A stretch of DNA of 27,948 nt from positions 1 to 27,948 of the forward strand of contig JAAXVE010000001.1 of the NCBI GenBank assembly GCA_013335665.1, given 5' to 3'. Source of the DNA: Candidatus Falkowbacteria bacterium. Its GTDB lineage: Bacteria > Patescibacteriota > Patescibacteriia > Patescibacteriales > GWE2-39-37. Shown here in pieces: positions 26,156 through 27,948 of the stretch; within the stretch, counting starts at the first letter, position 1, and each line of letters begins with the position of its first letter. The notes beneath the pieces are model-generated. The model had not been told where the DNA came from. It saw only the letters and a list, made by a program, of their open reading frames with translations, and did not search any database. The position numbers and the translations under genes were made by a program.

Positions 26156-26929
26156 CTATTTTTCTGCCAGAATCATGAAGCCGACCGATTCACTCTCGTC
26201 TTCCCTGGCTTTTTTCTTTTTCCAATCAGCCATCTTTTTATAAAGGCTTAAGCTGAAACCGCCGACCAAGTCGATCAGACCGGCCAGACAAAAATCTAAG
26301 ACGATCGGATCAAACCTAAGTATCTTGAAACGCGCTTTGGTAAGCACGTCGATTATCTCCTCTTTAGTGTACTCGATCTTGTGGTCAGAGTCGGAGTAAT
26401 ATGGCAAGCCGGCTGATTTCTGCAAACGCTTCCAGCTCGTATCAGAATTAGGGACAGCAATGATCATGCGTCCGCCAGGCTTCAACAAACGGTAGCACTC
26501 GGACAAAGCCAACTCGCGATTATTCAGGTGTTCAAGCACATCCAAGAATAAAATCTTGTCGAAAGACCAATCTTCGAAAGGCAATCTTTCTTCGGCTGAT
26601 ATCTTGGAAAATTCAACATTCTCAACTTTGTTTGCCGCTTGCCACTCTTTAGCCTGAGCCAGCAGACGGTCATCATAGTCGAAAGCGACAATTTTCTTAA
26701 CCTTAGAAGCCAACTTAAAATCGCGCTGGCCGTTGGCACAACCGATATCCAACACAACGTCGTCAGCATCGAAAAACTCGGCAAACTCAGCGTTGTCCTT
26801 AATCAGATGTTTAGGGTGAAGAAGTTGCGGCGCCTTGCCCGTCCATTTAACCAGACGGATCGAAATTCCAGAACCCAAATAATTGGCCAGCTTTATCGAC
26901 TTAATCGCCGCCCGTTTCAGTGTGCGCAT
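26156..26929 (-). CDS. Class I SAM-dependent methyltransferase
   Basis: VLDIGCANG, FDKILFLDVLEHL, RLLKPGGRMIIAVPN, DSDH. Confidence 0.9.
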   Translation of the reverse strand: MRTLKRAAIKSIKLANYLGSGISIRLVKWTGKAPQLLHPKHLIKDNAEFAEFFDADDVVLDIGCANGQRDFKLASKVKKIVAFDYDDRLLAQAKEWQAANKVENVEFSKISAEERLPFEDWSFDKILFLDVLEHLNNRELALSECYRLLKPGGRMIIAVPNSDTSWKRLQKSAGLPYYSDSDHKIEYTKEEIIDVLTKARFKILRFDPIVLDFCLAGLIDLVGGFSLSLYKKMADWKKKKAREDESESVGFMILAEK

Positions 26930-26931
26930 AG

Positions 26932-27708
26932 TTATTTCTTGAGAAGAGTTACGTAATTCTGCCCGCCGACCGTTTTTGAGTAGCCATCAGGTGCACGCTT
27001 ATAGGATCGACCTGAACCTTTGATGGCAAAGCCATGCTTGCGGCACAGCCGTTTCATCTTACACAGAGATACGACCAAGCTGACGTGGTTAACCAGGGCC
27101 GTAGGTATCTCTAAGTAACCATGCAGAAGGAACTTAGTAAAATTGCCCAGATTCAAAAAGCCGGCTCGCTGCAAAGTAAGAGGTGAGTAACGGCCAGTGT
27201 AGAGCTGGGCCACGCCGCCGCTTTTCAAGACTCGAGCAGTCTCTTTGACGTAATCTTCTAAGGCGTCGAAAGACTGGAGGTGCTGTAGGACAATAAAGGA
27301 ATAAACAAAATCGATTGAACCGTCTCCCACCGGGATGCCTCGACCAGTTGTCGTGTAAAGTTTAAAATTAGTCTTGCCGTTACTGCGCAAAAACTCCTCG
27401 GTTGCCGCTGCTTCGCTGTGAATGTCGACGCCGACACCTTCTTTGAAAAAATCGCAAGCCGCGTTGAGAATACGTCCGCCGCCATAACCAATTTCCAAAG
27501 CCACTTTATTCTCCGGCTCCTTGATCAACTTGCAAGCAGAACGGGTTAGGATATGAAATGAAAAATCCCAAAAACCCCTCACCGTGGCCTGATGCACATC
27601 CTTAGCATCATTAAACCAACTTTGAAAAGAATCGTCACCTTGAGTTTTGGCCGCGCCGATGGCGCCTGCGTATTTTTCCTTATGTTCTGAGTCGATAATT
27701 TGGCTCAT
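26932..27708 (-). CDS. Class I SAM-dependent methyltransferase
   Basis: ALEIGYGGGR, GVDI, IDFVYSFIVLQHL, RVLKSGG. Confidence 0.88.
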   Translation of the reverse strand: MSQIIDSEHKEKYAGAIGAAKTQGDDSFQSWFNDAKDVHQATVRGFWDFSFHILTRSACKLIKEPENKVALEIGYGGGRILNAACDFFKEGVGVDIHSEAAATEEFLRSNGKTNFKLYTTTGRGIPVGDGSIDFVYSFIVLQHLQSFDALEDYVKETARVLKSGGVAQLYTGRYSPLTLQRAGFLNLGNFTKFLLHGYLEIPTALVNHVSLVVSLCKMKRLCRKHGFAIKGSGRSYKRAPDGYSKTVGGQNYVTLLKK

Positions 27709-27770
27709 GCTTTAAAGTAATATTTTTATAAATGAATTATTTCTCGGTGTGCCTGTGCGTGATTTTGCGT

Positions 27771-27800
27771 TTGCCAGAGCTGCCATATATCCTCTATAAT
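27771..27800 (+). promoter_or_regulatory. Putative sigma70 promoter for the GT4 gene
   Basis: TTGCCA-18-TATAAT. Confidence 0.55.
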
Positions 27801-27845
27801 AACTATAAATAACCGGATGCGAAAGCACGTCTATATATAATTATC

Positions 27846-27948
27846 ATGGAAAATAACGATAAAATCAAGCCAGCCTCAGAGTACTGCTTTATTACTCGAG
27901 AATACCCTAAAGAGACAGGTTTTGGCGGGATCGGCACCTACGTCTGGA
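27846..27948 (+). CDS. Glycosyltransferase family 4, 5' end (runs off the right edge; absent from ORF track)
   Basis: MENNDKIKPASEYCFITREYPKETGFGGIGTYVW matches the GT4 N-terminal 'EYPP...GGIGTY' pattern. Confidence 0.75.
   Translation, partial: MENNDKIKPASEYCFITREYPKETGFGGIGTYVW

Noticed and set aside
1-27948. tRNA, rRNA, riboswitch or transposase genes
   Set aside because: All intergenic gaps were read and none shows a cloverleaf or known RNA motif; no ORF has transposase or recombinase motifs (an Infernal/tRNAscan run would be decisive)

Overview
Bacterial chromosomal window, standard genetic code (TAA, TAG and TGA all terminate genes), most likely a Patescibacteria/CPR (Parcubacteria-like) genome. 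This is inferred from A/T-rich start regions without Shine-Dalgarno motifs, the reduced frr-rseP order and a stand-alone 7TM-GAF kinase/receiver pair. Bases 1-20083 run on the minus strand: holB, a 7-Asp-box beta-propeller lipoprotein, frr, rseP, an overlapping Zn-dependent phospholipase C-family / long-chain acyl-CoA synthetase pair, a coupled four-gene operon (histidine phosphatase, 538-aa unknown with a class II aldolase-like His signature, 7TM-GAF histidine kinase split by one in-frame TAG, single-domain response regulator), raiA/hpf, an alpha/beta hydrolase, secA, a 62-aa Cys4 protein, a ParB/Srx-like protein, yjjX, an AT-rich HNH-like gene bracketed by two copies of a bulged hairpin, creD, and the 5' part of a cardiolipin synthase missed by the ORF track. 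From 20280 onward is a surface-glycan locus: priming sugar transferase, GT2, five SAM methyltransferases, Wzx and a partial GT4. Intergenic spaces hold CGTC-type palindromes and inverted repeats built from 7-nt tandem units. No tRNA, rRNA, CRISPR array or transposase was recognised. The best candidates for novelty are the phosphatase/aldolase-like/kinase operon, the hairpin-flanked HNH cassette, the PLC-FadD lipid-salvage pair and the heptamer hairpin family.
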